DNA from: Isurus oxyrinchus
Lineage: Eukaryota
NCBI GenBank assembly: GCA_026770705.1
Contig: JANJGN010000131.1
Location: 744,001 to 808,000, forward strand
Direction: 5' to 3'
DNA: 64,000 nt
The notes under the pieces are model-generated. The model searched no databases. It worked only from the letters and a program-made list of their open reading frames with translations, and was not told the DNA's origin. The position numbers were made by a program, and so were the translations under genes. Shown piece after piece: positions 13,691 to 26,392 of the stretch; the stretch's first letter is position 1, and every line of letters begins with the position of its first letter.

Positions 13691-14022
13691 GATGTCCTGA
13701 TGGGCTTTGCGGTAGAGGAAGGGGGAGAGATTGGGAGAGAGACAGGGTTTAAGCAAAAACTCCACTCATTCATAAATATCATTCCGAGTCTTGAAGATGT
13801 GTAGGTAATTTTTCTCTGCCTAACCCTTCCTTTATTCAACAACACGGAACCTTGCGCCTGAACTCTGAGGAATTGGAGAAAAGTGGCGCAGTTTCAGATG
13901 GATGATATTGGAAGATAGCAGGATATGAAGAGAAACTTCTGCTGTTATTCCCGTGATCGGGAGGCTCTGAAGTTTCGTCTGACGAAACGATGAAGCAGGT
14001 AGAACGAAATCCCTGGGGTGAT

Positions 14023-14229
14023 AAATGCAAAATACTGCGGATGCTGGAACTCTGAAACAAAAATAAAATTGCTGGAAAAACTCAGCAGGCCTGACAGCAT
14101 CTGAGGAGAGAGAAACAGAGTTGACCTTTCGAGTTCAGCTGAAGAAGGGTCATACCGAATCGAGAATCTGTTTCTGCCTCTGCAGATTCTATCAGACCTG
14201 CTGATATTTCCAGCGTTTTCTGTTTTCAC
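14023..14229. mobile_element. Hairpin element (Penelope-like terminal repeat derivative) with 12-bp direct flanking repeat
   Basis: Arms gctggaaaaactcagcaggcctgacagcatctg and cagattctatcagacctgctgatatttccagc. Flanked by ccctggggtgat at 14011-14022 and 14230-14241. Confidence 0.75.
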
Positions 14230-15200
14230 CCCTGGGGTGATGTTCAGCGAGTTCAGGGAGATGGTATCAGTAGGAATGAGCTGATCAGGAATACAGTTCA
14301 TTATCAAAGCAGAAGGGAGAATGACAGCGCTAATGGATTTAACAGAAAAGGTGGAAGTGGAGAGTCGGCCTGTGTTTACTGGAATAAGGACCATGTATAT
14401 GCTGAACGGAAAGGGGTGTGGCAGGGCGAGGTGCAGGCTGCGTCTGTTTGTGTATTTAAGAGAAAATGGAAAGCCAGTGTCTCAGTATCCGATCGGCCCC
14501 AGGATCTGTGAACAAGCCCCATGTTTATGGTTACTTGCAGCATAAAGTTGGACCCCATCTTTGAGTATTTTGGCGGTTTTGAACCCCCCCCCCCCCCCCA
14601 CCCCGCACCCCCCCCCCCCACCCCCGTATGTCCAATAGACCTAATGCTCTGTAATAATTTGCAGGATGTGTACTTAATAATATATCAGTGCCAGACACGC
14701 CCCAGCCCCTGGAAACATCCCTTGGTTTGTGCTCCGTATTCTGCCTGTGTTATATATCTAGCCTGTGGCATCCCCACTTCAAAGTGTTTAATCGGACATT
14801 GCAGAGGGATCTTGAACAATTTTCTGACCCTGATTGCACCAACGGTGGGAGTGTTTGATGGGGTATTTTAAAGGATGTTTTCTGCTCCAATTTCCTGTCC
14901 TATATCAGCCTCCAATGAAGCCGAACCCTACAGTTTAGAATTGCCAGACATGTGACTGTGACTGTCCAGAGTGAAGTCACCGAGGTGACCCTCCCTGTTC
15001 AATCATTCCACCTCGGGCAATAGCCAGAAACAGGCAGAGGTAAAGGTCTCCTTACACGGATGGGGCGATGGGTGTAAGCAGAACCCCGACAGGAATGGTA
15101 AAACGGGGAGAAATGTGTCACAGGGAAAATGCAGCGGTGTCGATGGGCCTTGGGGAAAGGAATTCAGCAAAGTCACAGTTAGTTCACTTTTCATTCCAGA

Positions 15201-15559
15201 TTTATTAGTAATATCAGAGAATATTTCACAGGAAATTTTATTTTAAAGTTAACAGAAGTGAATATAATGCCTGAGGTCACGTTGGGAACAGAACACATGC
15301 GCTCTGATTTGGTAAATTGTATGTACCACTGGAACATAGATCAGAAAGAGAAAACTGAGGCTCAAAGGAAAGGGAAGGGGGTAATAACGAATAACGAATG
15401 AAAACGTTACTTAATTACAATTCAAATCCTAACTCCAGGGAAATTAGATGCTACAATTACATTACAACCATTTTCATCTCACACCTTTCATACATGAAAT
15501 CGGAAATACTGCTACAGGTTCGGTTACAGATTCGGGATCACAAAGTGAAGACATTTCAC
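15201..15559 (-). pseudogene. Immunoglobulin heavy-chain TM2 exon and 3'UTR (orphan remnant)
   Basis: ctaaAG|GTG AAA (VK) at 15559, 241 nt after the TM1 donor. Reads VKCLHFVIPNL* (stop ends at 15524). AATAAA on the minus strand at 15201-15206. Confidence 0.65.
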
Positions 15560-15800
15560 CTTTAGAATCACCAAGAGAACAGATTTTATATTGGAGTAGA
15601 GAGACCTGAAAAAACAGCTGAGGAAAAGCTACGAGGTCCAAATTCAACCGATCACTTGATCTGTAAAAGAAGGAGACAATAATGAAGCAGATATTTATGA
15701 TCAGGTGCATTGATGTTATTACTTTTAATTGTTGAAATGTTTAGAACATTTTCAGACCGCTTCTGCCAGATTGTAGCATGAGTGGATTGAATCTTCTCAC

Positions 15801-15928
15801 CTTTACCAGAGTGACGGCAATGCTGTCGAAAATGCTCAGGAAGAACAGGACGATGAATGTTAGAGATTTTGTCCAGATGTTCCCGTTATCGTCCTCATAG
15901 CCTTCAATCCAGATGTGGTCTGTGGAAT
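15801..15928 (-). pseudogene. Immunoglobulin heavy-chain transmembrane exon TM1 (orphan; shark IgH membrane form)
   Basis: AG|(D)STDHIWIEGYEDDNGNIWTKSLTFIVLFFLSIFDSIAVTLVK|GTGAGA: acidic spacer plus the antigen-receptor TM pattern (compare IgM [29 protein letters not shown]). Phase 1 start, phase 0 end. The conserved YS is mutated to DS. The 5' boundary may extend to ~15978. Confidence 0.85.
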
Positions 15929-18299
15929 CTACACGGATATTACCGAGGGGTTGGCCAATGGGAACCTCAATTAATCTCAGCAAAAAAAAAATAACGACAA
16001 GAAATCAGATAATACATTAAAAATTATGTGATGTCAGAATAAAGCTGGAATTTATTCATGTGAAAGTACCTGTTATTACATAGAAACAGATAACACTCAC
16101 GAGGAGAAAGATGGAAAGGCAAGGTGTCACGTCGACGCCATTTCATCGGAACATTCACGTCTTCAGCATCCAGTGCCTTTTGTTATGTTTACGCCATTGC
16201 TTTTTTGACTTGTGCACGTTTGCCTACCATTTTATAGCCGTTTATTTAATTGAGGATAAAATTATTAATATTTTATTTCAGTTTTGCGGTAGCTAAATGG
16301 ATAACAAAGCTTAGCATTGCACTGCACAGATGGAGGCCAGTACACGCATTATTCCTGTTCCTGAAAGTGCTATTCCATTTGTCCGGTTCCAATGCTCTTT
16401 CTCATAGTAATTTATTTTCCTTTCTAAATAGTGATTCGTTTTTGGAAGAAATATTATCCAGTCTGCTTCTACCACGTGTTCAGCTTGTGCATACACAGGT
16501 CACCATGAATAACTTATTTAAAAAGTCCAGATATCCCCAGTGGTTTTTTAACAGCTCCCACCAAAATAAAACAAACAGAAAAGAAATACAGAGAGCAGGA
16601 ATTGAATATAGTTATTACTACGAGTGCCAAGTAGGAGCGATAACCCATGGGGATAGCAACTTTAGCCACCATTTACCACAATGGACTTGAATGAGCTGAT
16701 CTCAGTGTTGGGAAGTATAGTATAAAACATTTGCGTACCACGCTAATTTAGGAAGGGCTGAGGTTTTGCTTATGCTAAGGATAAATGTGACCAAATACAA
16801 GAATATCAAAAACTCGTGAGGATAAATGGCAAAGTAATTTGATTCTGAACAAGATTGAAGTGCTGTAATTTGGTAGGAAGATTAAGCCGAGGAAATCTAC
16901 TGGTTGGAAATTATTATCTTAAATGAGATTAAGACTCGGGGTCATCTAAAATGGTAGTGCTTCAAAAATCAAGGAATTCCCATTGAGATAAATGGGGCAA
17001 TATTTGCAGATGATTGGGAAATTTCAACTGATTAAATGTTCCAAGATAAATTTTTCACGAATATGTCCACTGAATAGTCCACGCATGTTGACTGAAAGTC
17101 CAATCAGCACGTCCATAGAACTCCCCTAACACTTTTAACTTTCGTTGATAGTTCATCGACCTGAAACAGTTAACTGTTTTTTTGTTCTCAATCCCGAGAT
17201 GTTATCCAGCCGACGAAATGTGTCCAGCATTTCCTCGTGCATATAGAAACACTCTCCGAAGAGAGCACAATAAATTGATACTGTATTTTTTTCATGTTAT
17301 TGGTGTGGAATATTGAGACAGACAAATTTTCAATCATCAGTAATTGCGACCCAGAAATATATTCTTTTACTGTTAGTAGAGAAGTGGGAATAGTCGAATT
17401 TCGTGCAGATATTTAAAACATCTCCATGGATTAAAAAAATGACTTTTTTTATAGAGCGTGTCAGAGAATCGTTGTGACTCAGGTCACATTGCGATCAACA
17501 TGGTTGATGAACAGCTGTCCAAAATTCAATTCTGATTCGTCGACCTAAGTGGCCACTTAAATTTAATCGAGCTTCCTTATGCAAATACGTAAGCAACCTG
17601 CAGGGTGCCGCACACAAATCAAAGAGAAAGCCCTGACTATTAAAGAGTGGTTGGTGCTCCAGAAAAGCAGATGCAAATTTGATCCAGGAAAGTACAAAGT
17701 AATGAGTTTGATGTTCAGAGTGTGTAATGCTGTGCAACCGTTGCTGCAAATAAAGCCATGGAACACATGGGTGTAAAGTTATCTCAATATATAGTCGATA
17801 TATGTTCATGAAAGGGAGTCTGTATCATTAAACTTCACTAGGTAGGGTCCATTTAATGGATGTGATACCCTTGGCTTTTTTAGTCCTTGTACGTAGTTCA
17901 TCTAGGAATCAGTTGCTGGAATCAGTGGATATATTTTTCAAGGGGTTACTAGCATGTTGATGCATAGTGCCTATAAGGCATGGATACAGAGATGAATTGG
18001 CCTGAGGGGCTGTTAAAGTGGATATCCTACAGTCTCCTTATTTGAACCTTTTTTTTTAATGCCGTTAATAATTACCCGAAGCTCGATGACACAACAACAA
18101 TGGCCGAATTTGTGGAGGAAACAAAGCTGTTGAAGATGGTCGACTGCAAAACCTGAGGAAGATAAGCTGTAGGATGATGTTTGGAATTGGAGAGACAGAC
18201 ATTATTTGCACTTCAACAGAGAGAGATGGTAAAAAAAATGCCACATGTCGACCAGAAGTACAGTGAGCCTTTCTTCGGTCACCAGGAACTGTGGGAATC

Positions 18300-18860
18300 G
18301 ATTGTTAAGAATTCTGAACAACTCATTAATAGATTTATGCTATGATTGGGGAGGATCTTCATGGCTTATGATAGTGACATCGTTTTTGCCCCCTTTTAGA
18401 TGCCAGTTGATGTCATAGACTTGGACTTCGAACTTAAATCCCTCAAGATTCCACACAAAGGTTAGTTCGTAAGATGATAACTCATGGGTTTGAAGCGAAT
18501 CTATTAGCATGAGTAGAAGATCGGTCAATGTCGAGGAAGCAAATAATACGGTTTACTGGGCACTTTCAGGCTGGCAGGCTGTCACCAGTGGAGTGCCGCA
18601 ACTTTCAATGATGGCCTCAGCTACAATTTGCATTAATCACTTCGGAAAAGACCTGGAAAATAATTGAGTTGCTGACGATTCAATGCTAGGTGCGGATGCA
18701 AGCTGTGAGGTGAACACAAGGAGGCTGAAAGTTGATGTCGAAAGCTTAAGGGAGAGGGCAACAGATGGACTTCCTATCGGAGCACAAAGTGCACAAATGT
18801 GAAGTTGTATACTTTGGCGGTAAGAAATGGAAATATAATGTTTCTAAATGGCGTAAATCA
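18300..18860 (+). mobile_element. Highly decayed CR1-like LINE fragment
   Basis: ctggcaggctgtcaccagtggagtgccgca (W..VTSGVPQ), gttgctgacgattcaatgctagg (FADD-like) and KCEVVYFG. Confidence 0.65.
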
Positions 18861-18879
18861 TCCAAATGTTGCTGCTTAA

Positions 18880-19395
18880 TGAACCTCGAAACGGGCAAAG
18901 TACAGAACATATCCAACCGGCTGGGCCATGCTGGTAAAGCTCAAATTACAGTGTTCAACATTGGATGCGATTCCAGAACTCGAGAACATTTGTTAAAAAA
19001 AAATGAATTGCACTAAGAATAACGCTGACAACCAATTTAGATTATCATTTGGGCTTGCAGAATGTTGCATTTGCATGTATTTGGACGCTGCATATTTTAA
19101 TACACAGGGCCCTGTTCTTTGCAAGCAGAAAAGACATGCACACACATTGTGCCTGGTTCAGCTAAACACAATAAATGACAGTCATTCGCTGACTCATTCC
19201 TCAAGGCAATGCATTGACTAATCAAGGCCAAGCTGCCTAGCTAAAGTTTCAAACAAAGCTTAGGAGTTAACTTTCAGTCGCCAGAATTGGTGCATTCTCC
19301 ATGACAATTCCTCTGCCGGAGTCCACTTGCCAAGCAATCAGCACTGTCTTCACATGCAGTATAAATTGCTGTTTTCCTCTTACATCGGTATTCTT
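18880..19395 (+). mobile_element. Penelope-like element 3' portion (GIY-YIG endonuclease C-terminus and terminal repeat)
   Basis: Peptides CDSRTREHLL, CTKNNADNQFRL and LDAAYFNTQGPVLCKQKRHAHTL match the PLE endonuclease C-terminus pattern. Confidence 0.7.
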
Positions 19396-19429
19396 AAAAA
19401 GTGACCTTACGAGTCAAAATATGTTTCTA

Positions 19430-19900
19430 ATTGGAGGAAGATTTCGCCAGGAGTTGGTGTCAGCACCTTTTTCTGGATATTTATAATGGCTTTGACTTGG
19501 GTGTACGTGACATAATTTCAAAGCTTACAGATGTGACAAAACTTGGAAATATTGCAAACCAATGTGACGAGGGTGCTGAACTTCCAAAAGCCATAAACAG
19601 ATTTATAAAATGGGCATACAAGTTGGTAGATTAACTTTAACGTAGCTATCTGTCAAGTGGATCATCTTTGAATGAAGAATAAGGATAAAAAAACTCGATT
19701 AAAGGATATGATGGTAATGGGATTGCAGGAGCAAAATACATGTCCCATATGTTTATAAATCGGCATACAGGATGTTTGATCCTATAAGTAGCAACCTAGG
19801 ATAAAAACACAAGAACGTTTTGGCTCAGCTGGAGCATTTGAGTCCAGTTCTGGGAAGAACATTTTGCAAGGAATTTATAGCTTTCGAAATAATGACAGGG
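19430..19900 (+). mobile_element. Decayed CR1-like LINE fragment
   Basis: Peptide LFLDIYNGFDLGVRDIISKLTDVTKLGNIAN. Confidence 0.65.
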
Positions 19901-19923
19901 ATGAGGAACATCTGTTACAAGTT

Positions 19924-20030
19924 AAAAACAAAAACAGAATTACCTGGAAAAACTCAGCAGGTCTGGCAGCATCGGCGGAGAAGAAAAGAGTTGACGTTTC
20001 GAGTCCTCATGACCCTTCGACAGAACTTGA
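19924..20030 (-). mobile_element. Short, little-decayed Penelope-like terminal repeat
   Basis: ctggaaaaactcagcaggtctggcagcatcggcggagaagaaaagagttgacgtttcgagtcctcatgacccttcgacagaac, same family as 14023-14229. Confidence 0.65.
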
Positions 20031-20039
20031 GGGAACTTG

Positions 20040-21190
20040 ACAGAACTTATTGCACAAGTTAAGAGCCCGTGGTATTGAGAGAAATGTATTAGCATGGACT
20101 GAGGATTGGATAACAGAGAGGAGACAAAGAGTCTGGATTAATGGGTCCTTTTCAGAAGCGTTGGAAAGACGCAACAAATGGAGTGCCACAGTATCAGTCC
20201 TAGCACCTCAACTATTTATTAGCTATTGCAATGACTTGGAGGAGCGGACAGAGTGTGATGTATCCAAATTTGCTGATGCTACAGCAATAGGTGAGAAGAC
20301 ATGTTGTGAAAGGACATAAGGAATGTAAAAGGTGTTGTAGATAGGTTGAGTGAGTGAGCAAAAACACTTGGCAGATGGAGTTTAATGCCGGAAAGTGTGA
20401 GGTCATTCACTTTTGTAGGAAGAATCAAAAGGCAGACTATTATTAAAATGGAGAGAGACTTCAAAAACGTGCAGGCTCTGATTGTTCCTGTGTACGAAGC
20501 ACAAAACGTTAACATGCAAATGTAACAAGTAATTAAGAAGGCAAATGGCATTTTGGTCTGTGTTGCTAGGGGGTTACAGTTTAAAAAATAGAGAGGTCTT
20601 GTTACAAATATGCAGGATTCGGTGGGGCCCCACCTGGAGTGCTGTGAACGCTTTCGGCCCCTGTATTTAAGAATTGATATATTGGCATCAGATGCAGTTC
20701 AAAGGGGATTCGTTAGGCTGATTCCTGGGATGATGGAGTTGACTTATCAGGAACGACTAAACACATTAGGACTTTATTTATTAGCCCTTCGAAGAATGAG
20801 GAATGATCTTATTGAGACGAACAGAATCCTGAGGGGAGGGGTTGCTTGACAGGTAGATGTTGAGAAAATGTTCGCTTTAGTGGGGGAATCTCGAGCTAGG
20901 GGACGTAGTTACATAATAAGGGGCCACACATACAAAATGAGTTGCGAACGAATATCTTCTCTCTGAGAGTATTGAATGTCTGGAATTCTCTACCCCAGAG
21001 AGTTGTGGAGGCTTGATCTCTGAAGGTATTTAAAGAAGAGATGGATAGATTTTTGAAATATCGTGAGTTGAGCTTCATGATGAGCTGTCAGTAAAGAGGA
21101 TTTGAGACCTGGTGCAGATCAGCCATGATGTTATTGAATGGCGGGGCAGGCTTGAGCGGCCTAATGGCTTACTGCTGTTGCAATTTCTTA
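20040..21190 (+). mobile_element. CR1-like LINE fragment with 3' end
   Basis: Peptides HKLRARGIERNVLAWTEDWITERRQRVWING, DVSKFADATAIG and VGPHLECCERFRPLYLR. Confidence 0.9.
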
Positions 21191-21209
21191 TCATCACTTA
21201 GCTATTACC

Positions 21210-21625
21210 ACCGCATCGACAAACAAACAGTCCCTGCACCACCGATGCAAAGAGGCAGCAGTTGTGAACAACGTACAGGATGCATTTCAGGAACTCACCA
21301 AGGCTTCTTAGACATCATCTTACCAACCTACGATCTCTACTGCCTAGAAGATCAAGGGCAAGAAATAAATAAGGACACCATCGAATTCAAGTTCTCCTCC
21401 ACGCCACACACCATCCAGACTTCGATCAGATCATCGCTCCTTCACTGTGGTGGAGGTTAAATCTTTGAACTTCCTCGGTAAATGCACTGTGCTGTATGTA
21501 CACCACATGGACTGCAGTGGTTCAAGAACGCGGCTCACCATCACCTTCCGAAGGACAATTGGTGATTGGCAATAAATGTTAGCCTAGCCAGTGAAGCCTA
21601 AATTCTGGACACAAAATTTGAAAAA
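21210..21625 (+). mobile_element. 3' end of second CR1-like family
   Basis: Reverse complement of the tail at 8110-8500 (cacatggactgcagtggttcaagaacgcggctcaccatcacc). Confidence 0.7.
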
Positions 21626-21739
21626 AACCTAGGAAAATTTATTTAGTTTGCAGAGATCGAGTCCTTGTTTATGAATGCATGTTGCCCCTGACAAGTTTTA
21701 ATGAACCACGTGAACAACTTGACTGATTACCTTGAAGTT

Positions 21740-22200
21740 CTTGCTAGTGTGCCGCAATTAGCGCACTCAAGGCTTCTCAATGACTGTGACCATTCGTGGA
21801 ATCATTTCTAACTGTTGGAGTTTTGATTCGAGTTTTACAAGCGCGGGCTGCTTCAATTGGATCTTTGTTCGGTATATTACGTACCGGGTGGAGGGACATT
21901 TTGTTTGACTTGACCGACCAATCGCTGAGATCTCTGACTCACTTTGCTGGCGCTGGGATTCATACATTGCGTTACTCAATTGCCTGGTGAGTAGAAACTT
22001 GGCTTGTTCTATTATCTTCAACCAATTCGTGGACAATACCACTCGTGTCGCCGTTGCATAGTGCCAACATTTTTTTTTTGTTGCTCCAATTTTGGGCTAC
22101 CTGAGTCTTCCCGAATAATTTGAGATATACCCAGGTCTTTTCAGGCCCGAAAGGGAAAGCTGTGACCATTTAGCGAGTTTGCCTAAAGCACTGCGGACAA
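21740..22200 (-). mobile_element. Penelope-like element fragment (RT-endonuclease linker)
   Basis: Minus-strand peptides FGPEKTWVYLKLF and VLSTNWL...QLSNAMYESQRQ resemble the PLE linker and GIY-YIG start. Confidence 0.65.
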
Positions 22201-22486
22201 AGAGACTGCAGATTTATTTTTGTATACTTGCTTTTCAAATAATTTCATCCATTTCGATGAATTATTGTTTCTTATAATTGGTTAATTGAGATACAATAGT
22301 TTACATCTCAAATAAACTTTCTTCAAATATCTGGATTGGACAAATGAAACCAATATATTGGTTGAAGTAGAATCTTAAACTGAAAGGAGTTACGTATCCC
22401 CAGTGTAACCTAAAGCAGCACAATTGTATGTGTGATTTCCAAACCTCTCTGTGTTTCTCTGCATGTTTTTTCTCTCCATATCATTG

Positions 22487-22860
22487 GGATGATGGTGGCG
22501 CCGTTGCACTGTCATAAAGCTAATAATCCAGGTGTGAAGGCTAACACCTTAGAGAGGGAGGATCAAATCAAACCACGGCAGCAGATAGAGTTTAAACTCG
22601 TTGAATGAATCAGAAATTGTGAAACTAGCCCCAGCAATAGTGACCATGGAACTATCACAGTTTGTTGTAAAAACTCATCTGGTTCACTTAACTAGCCTGG
22701 CCTACTTGTGACTCCAGTCCCACAACAATGTGGTTGACTCTTAACTGTCCTCTGAAATGGCCTAGTAAGCCACTCAGGACAAAGGTCATTAGGGATGGGC
22801 AACAAATGATGGCCTGTTCAGTGACATCCATGACATGTGAAAGCATCAAGAATAAATAAA
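22487..22860 (+). mobile_element. tRNA-headed SINE sharing its 3' tail with the CR1-like LINE
   Basis: tRNA-like head, body tgtaaaaactcatctggttcact...gtgactccagtcccacaacaatgtggttgactc, tail agggatgggcaacaaatgatggcc. Related copies at ~34300, 49715 and 59780. Confidence 0.7.
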
Positions 22861-24964
22861 CAATTCAAATCCCTGATTTTAATAGCACAGCCTAGTATAG
22901 GAAGCAATCAAAATTCACATGACATTTGCTAACTAGACAAAATTCAAATTGGCATATAATTATGAAAACACTTCCACATGGGAGTCTATGTGTAATATAA
23001 CTACACTGGATGCCTGGTATTATTACTTTCAAAGATGGATCACAATTGCAACATTGAACTGCTGAAATGATGTCCATTTTGAAAACGACTTCTCTATATG
23101 GATCATATTAATTAAGAAGATGGCTGCAACAGGTCAATAACTGAACTTGTGTGTTTTGCTTCGTATCCTTTCTGATGCCTGGCGGTTAAAAACTACATTG
23201 GCTCCAAAACTATAGGCGCAAATTTGAAAGATTGACGTTTTTATAATTACTAGCCATGGAATGTACAATGTATTATTTTTACTGCAATGATATAGTTGTA
23301 TTCAAGATCACAAAGCTTTTTTCTTCAAGGCCAGGAGATCTAATTGCTCTTCGCAAAACTCAAAGAGATATCTGAACATTGTCTAAATTTAATTGTGATT
23401 TAGCCCTTACCGAGTTTGAGGACAAATGTTCCATCCTGTTGTGGCCAAATAGCGTGCCACATTTTATGATACATTTTGTTATTATGCCTTTGGGACAGCA
23501 CATGAATAGAGCTGGTGATGGTAGAGTTTGGAACATTTTCTCAATGGTTTGATTCGGCGAGTCCGACAATGTCAGACCTTCCATTGGCTAGTTTGAGAGT
23601 CAGCTCTCATGTCCCAAGATGTGAATGAGGAGGGCTTTGCAGGATCGATTGGGCTGGCTTTCCCTTTGTAGCTTCCAGCATCTGGGAAAATCACGAGTGT
23701 TCCTCACACTGTTACTTTTCTTTTTTTGTTTCATAGCGGCTTGCTCGACCATTTCAGACAATGGTTATCACTTAAATACTTCTCCATGGGTCTGGAACCA
23801 CATGTTCTCCAAGCAGGGGAACTAAAGCACAATCCTTGCACTAAGATGCATTAATGAAACAGAACGCAATTTTTTCCTTCTTGATAAGAATATACTTTCA
23901 TGGTCATTATTCGTGATGTGTCATTTTTCTTTTTCTTTGCCTTCTTAATTTCAGTTGCATTTAGAGAACTTAATTCAACTACTTTAGCCACTGCTGTGGG
24001 ATCTTAAATTATGTCGCGAATCAATAAAATGGATTTCGTGTTTTAGTCCATTAAAATAATTATTATGCTACCATGCCCCTGGACCATTTTCTCCTAAAGA
24101 TTCAAAGAGAATCGGAGTCAATCGAACATGTGAAAATGAGAGAGAATGACTACTTTCAGGAAAACCATTGAAAGAGAATAAAACTAAAGTGGGTAGATGC
24201 AAGTTATATATAGATTACCCATGATCTAACTGAAGTATAGGAAATATTAGAGCAGCTGGATGTATCCTGCTTTTCCTCTGAGTCAACATGTTCAGGAGAG
24301 GAACTCCAAGGCTGTTGGGTAAATGCAAAACTAAAAACCATCCAAAAGCAATTCTTTCAGGCGACAGCGAGAGGGGATCCTGCGAATGGAGAACAGAAAG
24401 TAAAACAAAAAAAAGGAGCAATGTTTGCCAATACAGACAGTGGAATTTAATTTCAAAGGCCAGTGTTGCTGGAAGCACAATAAAACAGGCACCCAACTGA
24501 GAGTGTTCTAATGCAATGACGATGCAAAGATCTGCAATCACTTCCATAGAATTAAATTTAAGTTGCAGCATTTGCAACGGGGAGAGACGCTGCAACACTT
24601 CTGTCTGTGGAATAGATTTCAATGGATTACCCAACCTGGGCAGGACGTACTCTACGGAAGCAAAGCTTGACAATACCTGGACCATAGAATGGGATTCGTT
24701 TGCCCACCCCAGCTGGAGATTTATTGAAATGTTTCCACAGGTAATAAATCGTTCACCTGCACCATTGGCGAGGAAGCATATTGCCAGTTGTCCCATTCTT
24801 TCAAATTCAAGTGCATTCACTCAGATAATAAAATGATTAAAACGATGTTTAGGCGAGAAGAGACTCAGTCATTCGCTTCAATTGTTGATAGGTCAGCGAA
24901 TTTAGAGATTTGATTCTGCTGTTTATAATCATGACAATCATTTCATGGAAAATTTAATAAGTAG

Positions 24965-26355
24965 TCACAGAATCAAAGGATCGCACAGTGCAGAAGAGGC
25001 CCTTCGGCTCATCGAGTCTGTACTGACACGTGAGAAACACCTGACCTACCTAACTAATCCCATTGACCAGCGCTTGGCCCACAACCTTGAATGTTAGGAC
25101 GTGCCAAGTATTCATCTAGACACTTTATAAAGGATGTGAGGCAACTCGCCTCCACCACTGTCCCAGGCAGCGTATTCCAGACCGTCCCCAATACCTGGGT
25201 AAAAAAGGTTTTCCCTCACATCCCCACGAAACCTCCTGCCCCTCACCTTGAACTTGTGTTCCCTCGTGACTGAGCCTTTGACTAAGGGGAACAGCTGTCC
25301 CTATCCACCCCTTCAATACCTCTCACAAGCTTGTACACCTTGAACTGGCCGCTCCTCAGTCTTCTCTGATTCGCCGAAAAAACCCAACTCTATCCAACCA
25401 CTCTTTATAAGGTAAATGGTTCATCCCAGGCTGCATCCACGTGTACTTCCTCTACACCGCCTCTAGCACAATCACATCCTTCCTATCATTTGGCGATCAA
25501 AACTGCACAGAGCACTCCAGCTGTGGTCTCACCAAAGTTCTATACAACTCCAACATGACCCCTCCACTTTTGCAATCGTGCCTCGATTGAGAAAGGCAAT
25601 TGTCCCAAATGCCTTTTTCACCACCCCACTATCATGCCCCTCTGCCTTCAGAGACTTATGGACACATGCACCAAGGTCCCTTTGTTCCTCAGATCTTCCT
25701 AGTGCCATGCCGTTCATTGAATACTTCCTTGTCAAATTACTCCTTCCAAAGTGTATAACCTCTTGCTTTTCAGTGGTAAATTCCATCTGCCACTTATCTG
25801 CCCATTTGACCACCACGCCGATATCTTCCTCCAGCCCAAGCCTCTCAACCTCACTGTAAACCAACCGGCCAATCTTTGTGTTATCCGCAAACTTACTATT
25901 CCTACTCCCCACATAGTCATCTATGTCATTTATATAAATAATGAATAATAGGCAACCCAGCACAGATCTCTGTGGTACACCACAGGACTCGGGTTTTCAG
26001 TCACCAAAGCAGCCTTCTATCATTACATTCTGTCTCCTACAACTAAGCCAATTTATAATCCACCTTTTCAAATTACCCTGTATCCCATGTGTATTTGCCT
26101 TATTTATAAGGCTGCCATATGGGACCTTGTCAAAGGCTTTTCTGAAATCCATATTAACTACATCAACTGCACTACCATCATGTACACACCTGGTCACCTC
26201 CTCAAAAATTCAGTCAAATTTGTTAGGCATGACCTACCTCTAAAGAATCAATGCTGAATATCTCTTATCAAACCTTCTCTCTCCAAGTTAAGGTAGATTC
26301 TTTCCTTCAGAATTTTCTCCAATAGTTTCCGGACCACTGACATGGGACTCACTCG
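24965..26355 (-). mobile_element. CR1-like LINE (RT domain to 3' end)
   Basis: Peptides AVDVVNMDFRKAFDKVPYGSLINK and FIIYINDIDDYVGSRNSKFADNTKIG, plus a 3' terminus (rc of cacagtgcagaagaggcccttcggctcatcgagtctg). Confidence 0.92.
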
Positions 26356-26392
26356 TTGTTCGGTAGAACAGAATGTGAGAGTGCTGATCAAA

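Noticed and set aside
14584-14625. Poly-C and poly-G tracts (also 55425-55472, 36890-36910) as functional G-quadruplexes
   Set aside because: Simple homopolymer runs. The two near the duplicated Ig segment are on opposite strands, so they are not conserved.
24215-24836. 201-aa minus-strand ORF and plus-strand fragments TYSTEAKLDNTWTIEWDS / GNKSFTCTIGEEA that faintly resemble an Ig constant domain
   Set aside because: The fragments are in different frames 41 nt apart, the first Cys-Trp strands are not convincing, and they are on the opposite strand to the TM exon. It would need a C1-set HMM hit to be believed.
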